The notes below the pieces were generated by a model, which was given only the letters and a program-made list of their open reading frames with translations, made no database searches and was not told the DNA's origin. A stretch of DNA of 64,000 nt, taken from positions 1,152,001 to 1,216,000 of the forward strand of contig OZ242320.1 of NCBI GenBank assembly GCA_965208125.1, read 5' to 3'. A program made the position numbers and the translations under genes. The first letter of the stretch is position 1. Each line of letters starts with the position of its first letter. Origin of the DNA: Candidatus Latescibacterota bacterium (GTDB lineage: Bacteria; Latescibacterota; UBA2968). Below, piece by piece: positions 41,171 to 51,478 of this stretch.

Positions 41171-41866
41171 TCATGTATTCAAAACCTCTTCTACTCGTAT
41201 CCTCAGATCCGCCACAGAACCACCCACGGCATTGAGCACCACAGGACCAGCATACCCATTCGCCTTGAGTGCGTGGATCACATCCACATCATCCTCCCCA
41301 ATCGTCACCATCCCGATACGCTCCACATACTTATCCACAATCTCCACAGCATTATCAACATCCATCGCATTGAGCCAGGCATGCGCGCGCGCGGGCAAAT
41401 CTGGCATCAAAACATCAAAATCCGCCGCACTTTCCAAACACGTATCCACCCCATTCCCGATATTCAGCGTCACATCGGGAATATTCTCAAGCAACGCCTG
41501 CACACCCCTCACCAGAGCCTCGCGCGCCTCGCGGGAACGCGCACCACAGAGAAAACTCGCACACCGCAAGCGAAGCGCCCGCGCCAGATGAACATCCCAC
41601 TCAACCTGCCGCAAATTAGAACCTGGATCAAACGCGCCCCTGCTATTCACCCCCGTCAAATCGCGCACATGTAACCCCATCAACGCCACGCCCGCATCAT
41701 CGAAATAATCGCGAATCATCCTCACCGACGCATCTGGATGAAAAGGTGAACTCGCCGTAAACGCACAATGCAACACCATAGCATCAAAACCCGCTGCCTT
41801 AGCAATCTTCAAGGCAGCGGGCAACACAGCTTTTGGACACATAACAGGATCAAAACACAAACGCAA
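41171..41866 (-). CDS. Degenerate xylose-isomerase-like TIM-barrel protein
   Basis: AL.IAKAAGFDA, L.ANGY.GPVVL; metal ligands poorly conserved; TTG start with AGGAGG SD. Confidence 0.65.
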   Translation of the reverse strand: MRLCFDPVMCPKAVLPAALKIAKAAGFDAMVLHCAFTASSPFHPDASVRMIRDYFDDAGVALMGLHVRDLTGVNSRGAFDPGSNLRQVEWDVHLARALRLRCASFLCGARSREAREALVRGVQALLENIPDVTLNIGNGVDTCLESAADFDVLMPDLPARAHAWLNAMDVDNAVEIVDKYVERIGMVTIGEDDVDVIHALKANGYAGPVVLNAVGGSVADLRIRVEEVLNT

Positions 41867-41887
41867 AACAAACCTCCTTCTCTCTTC

Positions 41888-41957
41888 CCCCAGTCCCCAG
41901 TCTCCAGCCCCCATTCTTTTCACTTCACACTTCTTCCTTCACACTTCACACTTCTAC
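41888..41957. repeat. Two adjacent heptamer arrays (CCCCAGT-like and TTCACAC-like)
   Basis: ccccagt ccccagt ctccagc ccccatt; ttcacac ttcttcc ttcacac ttcacac. Confidence 0.7.
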
Positions 41958-42730
41958 ATCCCCTCCCAATACTCCCACATATCATCCGGATCTTCAAACT
42001 TCAGATCATCCCAATTCGTCCATCGAAAACGCGTAATAATCGCCATGCGAATCTCATCGCTACAATTCATACTCGCGCTGTGAATCAAATGACTGTGCCA
42101 GATCATAGCGGATCCCGCTGGCCCAGAAATCTCCTCATAATCCGCTTCATCCCAATCGAGAATCTCCAGCGGCCTCGTCGAACGCGGTTCCCCCTCGTAA
42201 ATCGGCAAAGCGTAAAACGCCTTACCCAAACTCACCCGCGAATGGGTCTTAAAATAATCCGCCATGTGTTTATGCGTCCCCGGCCACACGCAGGTACCTC
42301 CGCCCTGGGGCTTCACATCATTGAGATACAGCGTAATACCCACCGTCCAATTATTCACAACACCGCTACCAAGCCCGTGCCCATCCATGTGATTGCCTCT
42401 GGGACCTTCCCATTCACCACCCTGTGGAAACCGCAAATTCGCCGACGTAATTGGTGGATGCAAAGGAGCCAAACGCCCCTTACCCGCCAACTCTTCAACC
42501 ATGTCGTACAACGGCGAATCGTAAACCAACGCGTGAAACGCCGCGTGCCCATCCATCCCCTGAGACCCCTCTTTCCCAACCCACGAAGAAGGATCATTGC
42601 GATCCACAGGTAAATGATCCCAGATCACATCTCGCGCGGCTTCCATCTGCTCGGGCGTCACCACATCGCGTTTGATCACATAGCCCTTCTCTCGAAACAC
42701 CTTTTTATCATCAACCGTCAAATACGCCAT
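41954..42730 (-). CDS. PhyH-family Fe(II)/2OG oxygenase
   Basis: HMDG, YLNDV.P.GG...VWPGTH, WHSHLIHSASMN...IR. Confidence 0.85.
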   Translation of the reverse strand: MAYLTVDDKKVFREKGYVIKRDVVTPEQMEAARDVIWDHLPVDRNDPSSWVGKEGSQGMDGHAAFHALVYDSPLYDMVEELAGKGRLAPLHPPITSANLRFPQGGEWEGPRGNHMDGHGLGSGVVNNWTVGITLYLNDVKPQGGGTCVWPGTHKHMADYFKTHSRVSLGKAFYALPIYEGEPRSTRPLEILDWDEADYEEISGPAGSAMIWHSHLIHSASMNCSDEIRMAIITRFRWTNWDDLKFEDPDDMWEYWEGM

Positions 42731-44184
42731 CACACACTCCTTCCATCGGCGATATACCTCTCAACCATCTCCCTGAACTCGCGCACAATACCCGGTTCTC
42801 TGCCAAACAGATTATAAGACTCAAACGGATCATCTCCCATATGATAAAGCTGACCCCTCGACCCCGGCACAGGACCCGTGCCCACACACCCATCCACACC
42901 GCGCCCCATATCTCCAGAATTATCACAATCGACAATCAACTTCCAATCCCCTCGCCGAATCGAAAACACCCCCATACAGGAATGGTGTATCAAATCATCC
43001 CGAACGGACTTATTCTCCCCCATCAAAGCGGGTAAAAAACTCGCACTATCTTCACCCGCATCCTCTGGAAGCGTCTCCCCCACAATATCCGCCACAGTCG
43101 CCATAAAATCTTGCAACCCCACCAGCGCAGCGCAAACCGAATTGGGCGCAACAACACCCGGCCAGCGCGCGATAAACGGCTCTCTGTGTCCCCCCTCCCA
43201 AATATACCCCTTAAAACCGCGCCAATCACCACAGGACTTGTGACCATACGTGCGACCATCACAACCCGGCAAAGCACCATTATCACTCGTCACAATAACC
43301 AGCGTATCATCCGCCAATCCACAGCGATCCAGCGCATCCATCACCTGCCCCACCATCCAGTCAACCAGCGCGACCATATCTCCCCGGGGACCCGCCTCAC
43401 TTGCACCGCGCAAAAACTCCGGCACACATTCGACCGTACACGGCTCATGCGGCGCAGAAGCCGCCAGATAAAGAAAAAATGGCGTATCTTCATCCCTCGC
43501 CCGCTCCTCAATATACGCCACAGCCTTCTCTGTAAAAGCCGGATCCGCTTCCTTGTGGTCCCAGTCCGGAACCATCAACCCGCGCCGACCACCCGCCATC
43601 TCAACCGGCTTTTGCACACTCGGAATACCCACCGTCTGATCCTGATCGATAAAACAATAGGGCGGTTGCGCTGTCGAACAACCCGATGTCCCGTAAAACC
43701 TGTCAAACCCCAGATCAATCGGTCCCCCCGCAATCGGCTTTGAAAAATCGATCTTATCTTCCTCCACCGGATCGGGTGACCCCCCCGGCCACGGCAGGGG
43801 CTGATCAAAATCAAACACCTCACCATCCTTCACCCCCCAACCCAGTCCCAAATGCCACTTGCCAAAACACCCCGTATGATATCCACACTTCTTCAACAAA
43901 GAAGCCACCGTCATACGCTCGGGATCAATCAATGGTAGTTCGTAATTGAACAACACATGGGCCTTCAATTCGGTGCGCCAGCAATAACGTCCGGTCAAAA
44001 TCCCATATCGCGTGGGCGTACACACCGCCGAAGGCGAATGTGCATCCGTAAACCGCATCCCCTCGCGCGCCAACCGATCCATATACGGCGTGGGGATCTT
44101 CGACTGCGGATTATAACACCCAACATCGCCATAGCCCATATCATCGGCGAGGATATAAACAATATTCGGACGTGTCTTAGACAT
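42730..44184 (-). CDS. S1 arylsulfatase
   Basis: ILADDMGYGD, CTPTRYGILTG, GKWHLG, APHEP, SDNG, KG..WEGGHR. Confidence 0.93.
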   Translation of the reverse strand: MSKTRPNIVYILADDMGYGDVGCYNPQSKIPTPYMDRLAREGMRFTDAHSPSAVCTPTRYGILTGRYCWRTELKAHVLFNYELPLIDPERMTVASLLKKCGYHTGCFGKWHLGLGWGVKDGEVFDFDQPLPWPGGSPDPVEEDKIDFSKPIAGGPIDLGFDRFYGTSGCSTAQPPYCFIDQDQTVGIPSVQKPVEMAGGRRGLMVPDWDHKEADPAFTEKAVAYIEERARDEDTPFFLYLAASAPHEPCTVECVPEFLRGASEAGPRGDMVALVDWMVGQVMDALDRCGLADDTLVIVTSDNGALPGCDGRTYGHKSCGDWRGFKGYIWEGGHREPFIARWPGVVAPNSVCAALVGLQDFMATVADIVGETLPEDAGEDSASFLPALMGENKSVRDDLIHHSCMGVFSIRRGDWKLIVDCDNSGDMGRGVDGCVGTGPVPGSRGQLYHMGDDPFESYNLFGREPGIVREFREMVERYIADGRSV

Positions 44185-44186
44185 CT

Positions 44187-44597
44187 CTAACTCCTCATAT
44201 CGACCCACGGTTCATCCCCTGACACATCGACCAGCACCTCACCGTCGAATTTAGCCGGAGACAAAATCGCCAGAAAAACCAGATCCTCATCCCCGGCATT
44301 ATACGTCCCATGCACCATATCCATCGGAATATGCGCCGCATCTCCCGGACCCAGAATTCGCGAATCCCTATCCACCCACTGTTCCGCCGTCCCTGCAACC
44401 ACGTAAATAATCTCTTCCATACACGGATGGCGATGAAACGCGTGCGCCTTGCCCGGCGGCATCGTCACCCGCACCAGCAACAAATGATCCGCCTCGGTCA
44501 ACCCCGCCCGACTGATCCACTCGTGCGGTCCCCACGGCAATTCCTCCACCTGCACATCGGATTTTGTGATAAATCTGAGAACATCTGATTTTGACAT
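44187..44597 (-). CDS. Cupin-2 domain protein
   Basis: HAFHRH..MEEIIYV..G; GD..HIP....H.TYN. Confidence 0.88.
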   Translation of the reverse strand: MSKSDVLRFITKSDVQVEELPWGPHEWISRAGLTEADHLLLVRVTMPPGKAHAFHRHPCMEEIIYVVAGTAEQWVDRDSRILGPGDAAHIPMDMVHGTYNAGDEDLVFLAILSPAKFDGEVLVDVSGDEPWVDMRS

Positions 44598-44600
44598 CGC

Positions 44601-45977
44601 TCACTCCTGCGGCAACTCCTCGGCACTGATATCGATCTCCTCGATCAACCGCGCCAGATCTGCTTCCACCTCTGCCTGCACATCGGCATACGCCGAATCG
44701 CCATACACACTCGTCATCTCCCAGGGATCCTTTTCCAAATCGAACAAATCACGCTCACCGGTTCGATGTACTGCAAGCGTATAGTCTTGCGTACGCACGC
44801 CATAGTGCTTCGTCGGCCCATCCCAATACGCATAAAAAGCCGACTGCCGCCAATCTTCTGGCGTCTCCCCCTCGCACAGGGCGCGAAAACTTCTGCCCTG
44901 CACCTGTGCATCGGGTTGCAACCCGGCAAAATCGAGATACGTCGCACCAAAATCCACATTCACCACAATATCCTCATTCACCGAACCCGGTGCAATCGCC
45001 CCTGGATACCGCATCACATAAGGCATGAGCAGCGACTCTTCCAAAATCAACCGCTTGTCAAAATACGAATGCTCGCCCAAAAACATACCCTGGTCAGAAG
45101 TATATACCACAATCGTATTCTCCGTCAACCCCTCCTCATCCAGATAATCCAGCAACCGCCCCACACCCTCATCAATCGCCGCAATACACCGCAAATAATC
45201 CTTCACATACTTCTGGTAAGCCGCGTGAATCTTCTCCGTCGTATTCATCCCCGTCGTATCCAGCCGCCCCGTAGGCCACGCTCTTCCCCGAACACCCTCA
45301 TCCATCCGCTCGGCCTGCGAGAGCATCGTGCGGTGGTGATCCTCCAACGCGCTGGACACCTTGTCAAACGGCTTATACAAATTCGACGGCTCGGGCAAAT
45401 CCCCATCCGTGAACAAATCCGCATGACGGGGCGCGTACTCCCACAAACCATGGGGTGCTTTGTGATGACACAGCATCAAAAAGGGCTTATCCGGATCGCG
45501 CGCCTTCAACCAGTTGAGCGACAAATCCGTAATAATATCCGTCGCGTAACCCTCGTACTGCGTTGGCTCGCCATTGCGCGTAAACGACGGATCAAAATAA
45601 GCCCCCTGCCCAGGCAACACCTCCCAATAATCAAACCCATCCGGATCAGACCCCAGATGCCATTTACCCGCAATACCCGTTTGATACCCAGAAGCCTGCA
45701 ACTGCCGCACAAAATTGGGGTGATCGTCACTCAGGGGTTGATTCAACCGCAACACCCCATTTTTATGGCTATATTGCCCCGTAATAATACTCGCCCTGCT
45801 CGGCGAACACAGCGCATTGTTGCAAATACAATTGTCAAACCGCATCCCCTCATTGGCGATGCGGTCAATATTCGGTGTATCCACCACCTCATTCAGCCAT
45901 CCGTTATAACAACTGATGGCATTCACAGTATGATCATCAGACATAATGTAGAGAATATTAGGACGCGAATCAGACAT
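44601..45977 (-). CDS. S1 sulfatase (GlcNAc-6-sulfatase/mucin-desulfating-like)
   Basis: MSDDH, CSPSRASIITG, GKWHL, HHKAPH, SDQG.FLGEH..FDKR. Confidence 0.92.
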   Translation of the reverse strand: MSDSRPNILYIMSDDHTVNAISCYNGWLNEVVDTPNIDRIANEGMRFDNCICNNALCSPSRASIITGQYSHKNGVLRLNQPLSDDHPNFVRQLQASGYQTGIAGKWHLGSDPDGFDYWEVLPGQGAYFDPSFTRNGEPTQYEGYATDIITDLSLNWLKARDPDKPFLMLCHHKAPHGLWEYAPRHADLFTDGDLPEPSNLYKPFDKVSSALEDHHRTMLSQAERMDEGVRGRAWPTGRLDTTGMNTTEKIHAAYQKYVKDYLRCIAAIDEGVGRLLDYLDEEGLTENTIVVYTSDQGMFLGEHSYFDKRLILEESLLMPYVMRYPGAIAPGSVNEDIVVNVDFGATYLDFAGLQPDAQVQGRSFRALCEGETPEDWRQSAFYAYWDGPTKHYGVRTQDYTLAVHRTGERDLFDLEKDPWEMTSVYGDSAYADVQAEVEADLARLIEEIDISAEELPQE

Positions 45978-46001
45978 TAAACCCTCCATTTGTAAAAAAT
46001 A

Positions 46002-47264
46002 TCACCGCTCTGGAACATAATCATCAACGAACTCCGGCATCATATCCAACACCTTCTGCAAGCGTTCGCGCGCCTCTTCGGCATCGACATCGCCCAGCCC
46101 CAAAACAATATCGTACTCTTCCAGCCGATCTGCAGGCACATCGTAAAACCGACCATCGTGATAAATTTTAAACCGATGTTCCCGCGCAAACTGTCCCGCG
46201 TGATCTTGACCAAAACCAAAACGCGGATTGTAATGACAAAAAATCCAATCCCTCGGATCGCCCCGTTCACCCCGCAACTGGGGCAAAAAACTGCGCCCAT
46301 CGCACGGCATACCCTCTGGAATGGGCGCATCGGCCAAATCCATCAGCGTCGGCAAAAAATCGCTAAAATCCACCAGATCATCTAACACCACGCCCTCTGG
46401 CGCCACACCCTGCCAAAAAGCAATAAAAGGCACATGCGTGCCCGCATCGGGCATCGTGCCCTTACCGCCCACAATCTCAACATCACCCTCAAGCTGAGAC
46501 GTAATCGTGCGATGCGTACCATTATCACTCGTAAACATCACCAGCGTATTCTCGAGCAAATCGAGCGCCTCGAGCTTCTCCACAATCCGCCCCACCAGCT
46601 TATCCGCATACGCCACCATATCGGCAAAATAGCGCGTATCCTGCTCACCCCTCCGGTCTCTATCCCGCCATTCCGGGCTATCGGGCGTGGGAACAAAAGG
46701 CGCGTGAACCAGAATCATCGGATAATAAGCAAAAAAAGGCACATCCCGATGTCGCTCAATAAAATCCAGCAAATAATCACAACAAATATCGGGACCATAT
46801 CGATCTTCAATATAATCGTCTGGCAACCATTCCCCATTACATTCAATTTGCGGATTTGCATATCGCCCTTTTGCAACGCGCGCAGGATCTTCTGGAAGCG
46901 GCGTCATATTCCACAAACAATGCTCGTCAAATCCAAAATGCGCCGGCATCTTATTGTCCTTACTCAACTGCCACTTGCCCGCAACACATGTCGCATACCC
47001 CGCATCCTGTAACAAATTGCCAAACGTCTTTTCTTTGGGATTCAAATAGGCGAACCTGTCGTAATTCCGAAAATTGTACTGCCCCGTCATAATCTCCACG
47101 CGAGAAGGCGTACACAGCGGCGTCGAATAACAATGGGAAAAGCGAATCCCCCGCGATGCCAGATCATCCAACACCGGCGTCTCATACGTTGTACTCCCAT
47201 AACAACTCAAACACTCAAACCCCATATCATCTGCCATAATCAGCACAATATTCGGTCTTGCCAT
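46002..47264 (-). CDS. S1 sulfatase
   Basis: MADDMG, CTPSRV.IMTG, GKWQL, LVHAPF, SDNG. Confidence 0.92.
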   Translation of the reverse strand: MARPNIVLIMADDMGFECLSCYGSTTYETPVLDDLASRGIRFSHCYSTPLCTPSRVEIMTGQYNFRNYDRFAYLNPKEKTFGNLLQDAGYATCVAGKWQLSKDNKMPAHFGFDEHCLWNMTPLPEDPARVAKGRYANPQIECNGEWLPDDYIEDRYGPDICCDYLLDFIERHRDVPFFAYYPMILVHAPFVPTPDSPEWRDRDRRGEQDTRYFADMVAYADKLVGRIVEKLEALDLLENTLVMFTSDNGTHRTITSQLEGDVEIVGGKGTMPDAGTHVPFIAFWQGVAPEGVVLDDLVDFSDFLPTLMDLADAPIPEGMPCDGRSFLPQLRGERGDPRDWIFCHYNPRFGFGQDHAGQFAREHRFKIYHDGRFYDVPADRLEEYDIVLGLGDVDAEEARERLQKVLDMMPEFVDDYVPER

Positions 47265-47280
47265 ACACCCCTCCTAAAAA

Positions 47281-48213
47281 TCATTCCCTCAGTTTTGCGA
47301 TCAAAAACGCCTCCATACTTCCGTATTTATTTTCCGGATGATCTGGAGATCGGACGGAGCATTCGAGACCCAGTTTGGTCATCGCTTCCTGAAGCTTAAG
47401 GCCGTGTTTTACATGGTGGACCCAAACCCCGGGATTGGTACTGTTATCTACGGGGACATCCCCTCGTCTGTAAGACATAAACACGGGAACGTCGTCCGTG
47501 GAAACATGAGTTATAGCAGATGAATCCTCCATGAGCTTTCCTATACGCTCGTCGTTAAAAAAGACCGAATCCTCTTTTACGTCAAACAAAGTATGGAACT
47601 CTTTGTTAATTGTAAACTTACCGATATCGAGTCCAAACCAGCGGCGAATAACCCGAAGATCGTAGGAGGATTGCCCATTATTTGAAGCCGCGGCAATGAT
47701 TCTGGTCGATTGGCGAGCAATGGGATCGTCGCTGTCTGGATCCGCCAAATCGTCGTGAAACGCAAGCCAAAGAGAAATACCGGCTCCCGCCGATCCTCCG
47801 TAGCACGCGATCTTTTCCGGATTCACATTCCATTCCTTGGCGCGGTGGCGAATCGTCTGCAGACAGCGAGCCGCATCCTCCATCATGATTGGATAAGGAC
47901 CGACATCGGATAAGCGATAATGAATGGCAGCGACGGATATACCAGCATCTTGAAATTGCCTGATGGACCTCCCGTTAATCGACCTTTTGTTTCCAGTTCT
48001 AAATCCTCCGCCATGGATGTAAATAGCCAGTGGGGTTGGAGCACCGGTTTTGGATTCAGTAATCCACAAATCGAATACCTGTCGTTCATGACTCCCATAA
48101 GCGATATTGGCGAAAGTCGGAGCGGGCGGTTGTTCCCTTTGCGCGTTAACGGCGGGTGGCGCAACGATTGCCAGACCTGCCACCAGGGTGGCGATAAAGC
48201 GCTTTGGTATCAT
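47281..48213 (-). CDS. Secreted alpha/beta-hydrolase (HSL-like esterase)
   Basis: Signal peptide; YIHGGG, GGSAG nucleophile elbow, VHH; start re-picked at ATG 48213. Confidence 0.85.
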   Translation of the reverse strand: MIPKRFIATLVAGLAIVAPPAVNAQREQPPAPTFANIAYGSHERQVFDLWITESKTGAPTPLAIYIHGGGFRTGNKRSINGRSIRQFQDAGISVAAIHYRLSDVGPYPIMMEDAARCLQTIRHRAKEWNVNPEKIACYGGSAGAGISLWLAFHDDLADPDSDDPIARQSTRIIAAASNNGQSSYDLRVIRRWFGLDIGKFTINKEFHTLFDVKEDSVFFNDERIGKLMEDSSAITHVSTDDVPVFMSYRRGDVPVDNSTNPGVWVHHVKHGLKLQEAMTKLGLECSVRSPDHPENKYGSMEAFLIAKLRE

Positions 48214-48389
48214 CTGGTCTATCCACCTTTCTGTCATCCTTTCTGTCATCTGCATGGGAGATAGGCGAACTGGTTTGCCTATCCCGTTATTGTTCACCCT
48301 GTTAAAATAATTACGTGAAACACCTTTGTCATCAACCATCGCGGGTGGCAAGTATAGACAAAAAACTAAAGAAAAAGGTGTAAATCTAA

Positions 48390-48419
48390 TTGACACACCA
48401 ATGCTGCAGATGATACCAT
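48390..48419 (+). promoter_or_regulatory. Candidate sigma70 promoter
   Basis: TTGACA-N18-TACCAT with TG extended -10, 47 nt before ATG 48467. Confidence 0.45.
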
Positions 48420-48466
48420 ATAGGGAACAAATCTAAGATGCAGAACAAAGGGGAAGGACACAGAAA

Positions 48467-49315
48467 ATGAACATCTCGCTCACATCAACAGAACGAAGCT
48501 CTGGTGAACTGGCAAAAGACAAATTGGCAAATGCGATAGAGGCTATACGAAACGACGGCTATATCATCATCGAGCAGGTGGTGAATCACGCGATCCTCGA
48601 CGCCCTCAAAACGCGCATGGATGAAGACTCTGCAAAACTGATTGAAGCACAAAAATGGGGTGGCGCAGGTGGCGTACAGGGTCATTTACAACAAGGACCC
48701 CCACCATTTGACCCATTCCTATCCCCAGACATCCTCGTCAATCCCTATGCCATTCAGATCTCACGAGAAATGCTGGGTACAGGGTTCTACTGCTGCTTTT
48801 ACAACGGCAACACCAACACGCCAAACAGCACCTTCCAGCCCCTTCATTCTGACGGCGTTCACCTCTGGGGTGAGCAAAATCGCCCCCATCCAGCAACCCA
48901 ACTCATCATCAATATCTTTCCCCAGGACACATCTGACAAAAACGGATCGACACAAATCTGGCCGGGTTCGCACCTCGACATGCGCCCCGTAACAGACGAA
49001 ACAGAAGCCGATCGTCAATCCTTTTCACCACCCATTCAGGCCACCCTGCAAAAAGGCGACATCCTGATCCGCGATTCGCGTCTCTGGCATCGCGGCGTGC
49101 CAAATCCATCCGATCACAACCGCCACATGATCGCAGTTGTTTACAACATCGGCTGGCTGCTCAGACGGCGAACACTATTCTTTGATAAAAGCAGTGAAAA
49201 AATATTCGAAGCAAGCGGCGTCGATCCCAATGCCGAATTCATCGCCCCCCCGTTCGAATACCTGTTTGAAATGGCGTGCAGAAAAATAAAAAACGACCCC
49301 ATGCGAGGCGTCTAA
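48467..49315 (+). CDS. PhyH-family oxygenase (KanJ-like)
   Basis: NTNTP....QPLHSD, NGSTQIWPGSH, RDSRLWHRG.PN.S...R.M. Confidence 0.88.
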   Translation: MNISLTSTERSSGELAKDKLANAIEAIRNDGYIIIEQVVNHAILDALKTRMDEDSAKLIEAQKWGGAGGVQGHLQQGPPPFDPFLSPDILVNPYAIQISREMLGTGFYCCFYNGNTNTPNSTFQPLHSDGVHLWGEQNRPHPATQLIINIFPQDTSDKNGSTQIWPGSHLDMRPVTDETEADRQSFSPPIQATLQKGDILIRDSRLWHRGVPNPSDHNRHMIAVVYNIGWLLRRRTLFFDKSSEKIFEASGVDPNAEFIAPPFEYLFEMACRKIKNDPMRGV

Positions 49316-50166
49316 TCCGCTTCATTCTCGCTCGGCATAACCGCCCAATCGGTGCGCAGTTCAGCAGCGAGGTCAGCCGGTGGTTGCATAAAACGCTTAA
49401 CCCGGACACTGGCTTTGGCCTGGCGTCTGGGTCCGGCCAGCTTCCAGGCATTGTAGTGAAATTTGCCTTCGGGTTGCATCACGCGGACATTCAACGTACG
49501 GCGTGGCTTCTGGGTCTGGTTCATGCCAGCGCAGTGCAAGCAGGCCGCGTTGACCACCAGCAAATCACCGGGATCGCCGATAACCTGGACTCTGTTGCTA
49601 TAGTGATTCGGGTTGGAATCCGGCACCCCCGGGTTTTCTTCAGCCTTGAAGCGATGAGTACCCGGTATCACCGAAGTCGCACCGTTTTCCGCCGTGTACC
49701 CGTCGATCAAAAAAAAGAACCACAGCCCCCTGTGCTTGCCATTGGCGGTAAGGCCGGGGCGGAAATCGCGATGGACGCCTTCAGACTGCTTTCCGGGGTT
49801 GTAGCGTTGGGTATTGGCTACAAGATCAGAGAAGTGATAGGTACCCAGGGCAGGCTCGCAGATCGCGTGAACAGTGTCGTGATCAAGAAGCTCTATCGCC
49901 GCATCGCCCCACAAAAAACAGGCACGGGCATTGGGATTCAGATCGAATTTGCGGGTTCCGTACCTGTCGCCGATATTCACATCGGACAGCTTCATCCCGC
50001 CACGCCAGGCGGCAATATAGTCATCGGCGGCACGCTGGGCAATGTCGCGCAAAGGGTCGAGGTACTCAGGTGCGATCTGGTTCCGTATAACGGTATAGCC
50101 GTCGCGGTCGAGATTGGCGAGATGTTCGCCCAGTTCGCTATTGCTGAGGGAATGGACTGGTCGCAT
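49312..50166 (-). CDS. PhyH-family oxygenase
   Basis: VHRD, ENGAT.VIPGTH, CLHCAG.N....PRR; GGAGA SD before ATG 50166. Confidence 0.85.
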   Translation of the reverse strand: MRPVHSLSNSELGEHLANLDRDGYTVIRNQIAPEYLDPLRDIAQRAADDYIAAWRGGMKLSDVNIGDRYGTRKFDLNPNARACFLWGDAAIELLDHDTVHAICEPALGTYHFSDLVANTQRYNPGKQSEGVHRDFRPGLTANGKHRGLWFFFLIDGYTAENGATSVIPGTHRFKAEENPGVPDSNPNHYSNRVQVIGDPGDLLVVNAACLHCAGMNQTQKPRRTLNVRVMQPEGKFHYNAWKLAGPRRQAKASVRVKRFMQPPADLAAELRTDWAVMPSENEAD

Positions 50167-50182
50167 GGGCTGATCTCCTATC

Positions 50183-51466
50183 TCATTCTTCCTGCTTTTG
50201 TTGATTTCGCAAAATCTCGTCGAGAAGCGGCAGTCCTTTGAGCCGCGCTTTCCAATTTCGAGGCTGTTTTTCGGCAAGGCTCATAATGCCTTTGTTGTAT
50301 TTGAACCCCTCGCTGGTCACATTCTCAATAATCGGATGCCAACTATCCCCCGTACGGTCTCTCACAATCCCGACAGAGGGACCTCTAACCCGTTTGATCT
50401 TCCTATCATTCTTATCAAACCGTAGCTCTTTCAGGTATTCCTCCGGAACATTCGCAAGCCCCTTGAGTGCAATGGCCGCATTTGTCCCAAATATCGCATG
50501 GATATTCTTTACCGTAGTCCCATCTGCAAACACACCGGATTTATAACGCTCATCCACCTGATTCCGTTTCTCCACATAACCAGGTCCCATCGTCACGGCA
50601 AAAGCACAGCTCTTCACAGTCACACCGTCGATCTTGACAACGCCGTTTTGAGCTTTGTGTGGTCCAAGCAACACCGCAGTACTGCCATTCTCACAATATA
50701 GATTCTTTGCCGTAATATCATGCACTCCGCCATTATGCCCTCCGGCACCCGTCTCCAATCTAAAAGTCACCCCACCGCCAATGGCTTCGAGATTTTCAAA
50801 ATGGATGGTCTCCCCTGCATGCATCTGAACCAAACCGTATCCCGGGCTGGTATTCGTGCTTCTCAGATTTCTCACCAGACCATCGGTGGGCCTGAAGACG
50901 CCCCCACTCTCCACATCCCTATCCCTGGACGGCGTAAAGATAAATGCAGAATAAGTGGTAAAACTATCCTTAACATCAATATCGGAGAGCAGAAAATTTT
51001 TGACCTTCCTGCAGTTGATCGTCCGTATGCCTTCCCCCGCCACACTTCCGCGATCTGAATAATCGACAATAAACTTACCGCCCAACCCGCGAATACTGAC
51101 ATTCTCTATGGATTCGGCATTCCTCCCTGTACCCAATCCAAAAACAATGGTCTTCGTACCTTTGGGCCAATAGGGTTTGATAACCGTATCTTTCTCGATC
51201 AACAGGTGTACATTGGACTTCAAGTTGATATCCCCAAAACGATAGACCCCTTTCGGAACGATCAGGCGTCCACCACCTTTTGCCGAGACCTCATCAATCG
51301 CTTTTTGCAGCCGTTCACTCTGATTGCCCTCAGCTTGATCATCAACCAGTCCGAAATCCGTCTTCAGATTCATCGTCAAACCATTTGGATCCAGGGTCTC
51401 CACATATGCTCCCTCTGCAACCGCGGTCATTACAAGCATGGCCATGATCAACAATACGTTCTTCAT
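50183..51466 (-). CDS. GH82 iota-carrageenase-like beta-helix glycoside hydrolase, secreted
   Basis: Signal peptide; LQKAID.VS..GGG.L.VPKG.Y, LKSNVHL, GYGLVQ...GETIHFENL...GG.TFRLETG, GG..DI. Confidence 0.72.
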   Translation of the reverse strand: MKNVLLIMAMLVMTAVAEGAYVETLDPNGLTMNLKTDFGLVDDQAEGNQSERLQKAIDEVSAKGGGRLIVPKGVYRFGDINLKSNVHLLIEKDTVIKPYWPKGTKTIVFGLGTGRNAESIENVSIRGLGGKFIVDYSDRGSVAGEGIRTINCRKVKNFLLSDIDVKDSFTTYSAFIFTPSRDRDVESGGVFRPTDGLVRNLRSTNTSPGYGLVQMHAGETIHFENLEAIGGGVTFRLETGAGGHNGGVHDITAKNLYCENGSTAVLLGPHKAQNGVVKIDGVTVKSCAFAVTMGPGYVEKRNQVDERYKSGVFADGTTVKNIHAIFGTNAAIALKGLANVPEEYLKELRFDKNDRKIKRVRGPSVGIVRDRTGDSWHPIIENVTSEGFKYNKGIMSLAEKQPRNWKARLKGLPLLDEILRNQQKQEE

Positions 51467-51478
51467 GGTTTTCTCCCC

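Noticed and set aside
41867-41923. N-terminal MKRMGAGDWGLGEE extension of ORF 41171-41923
   Set aside because: It is the translation of heptamer repeats; a strong SD precedes TTG 41866
48224-48250. 12-bp direct repeat cctttctgtcat x2
   Set aside because: Two copies only, next to the esterase RBS; most likely local slippage
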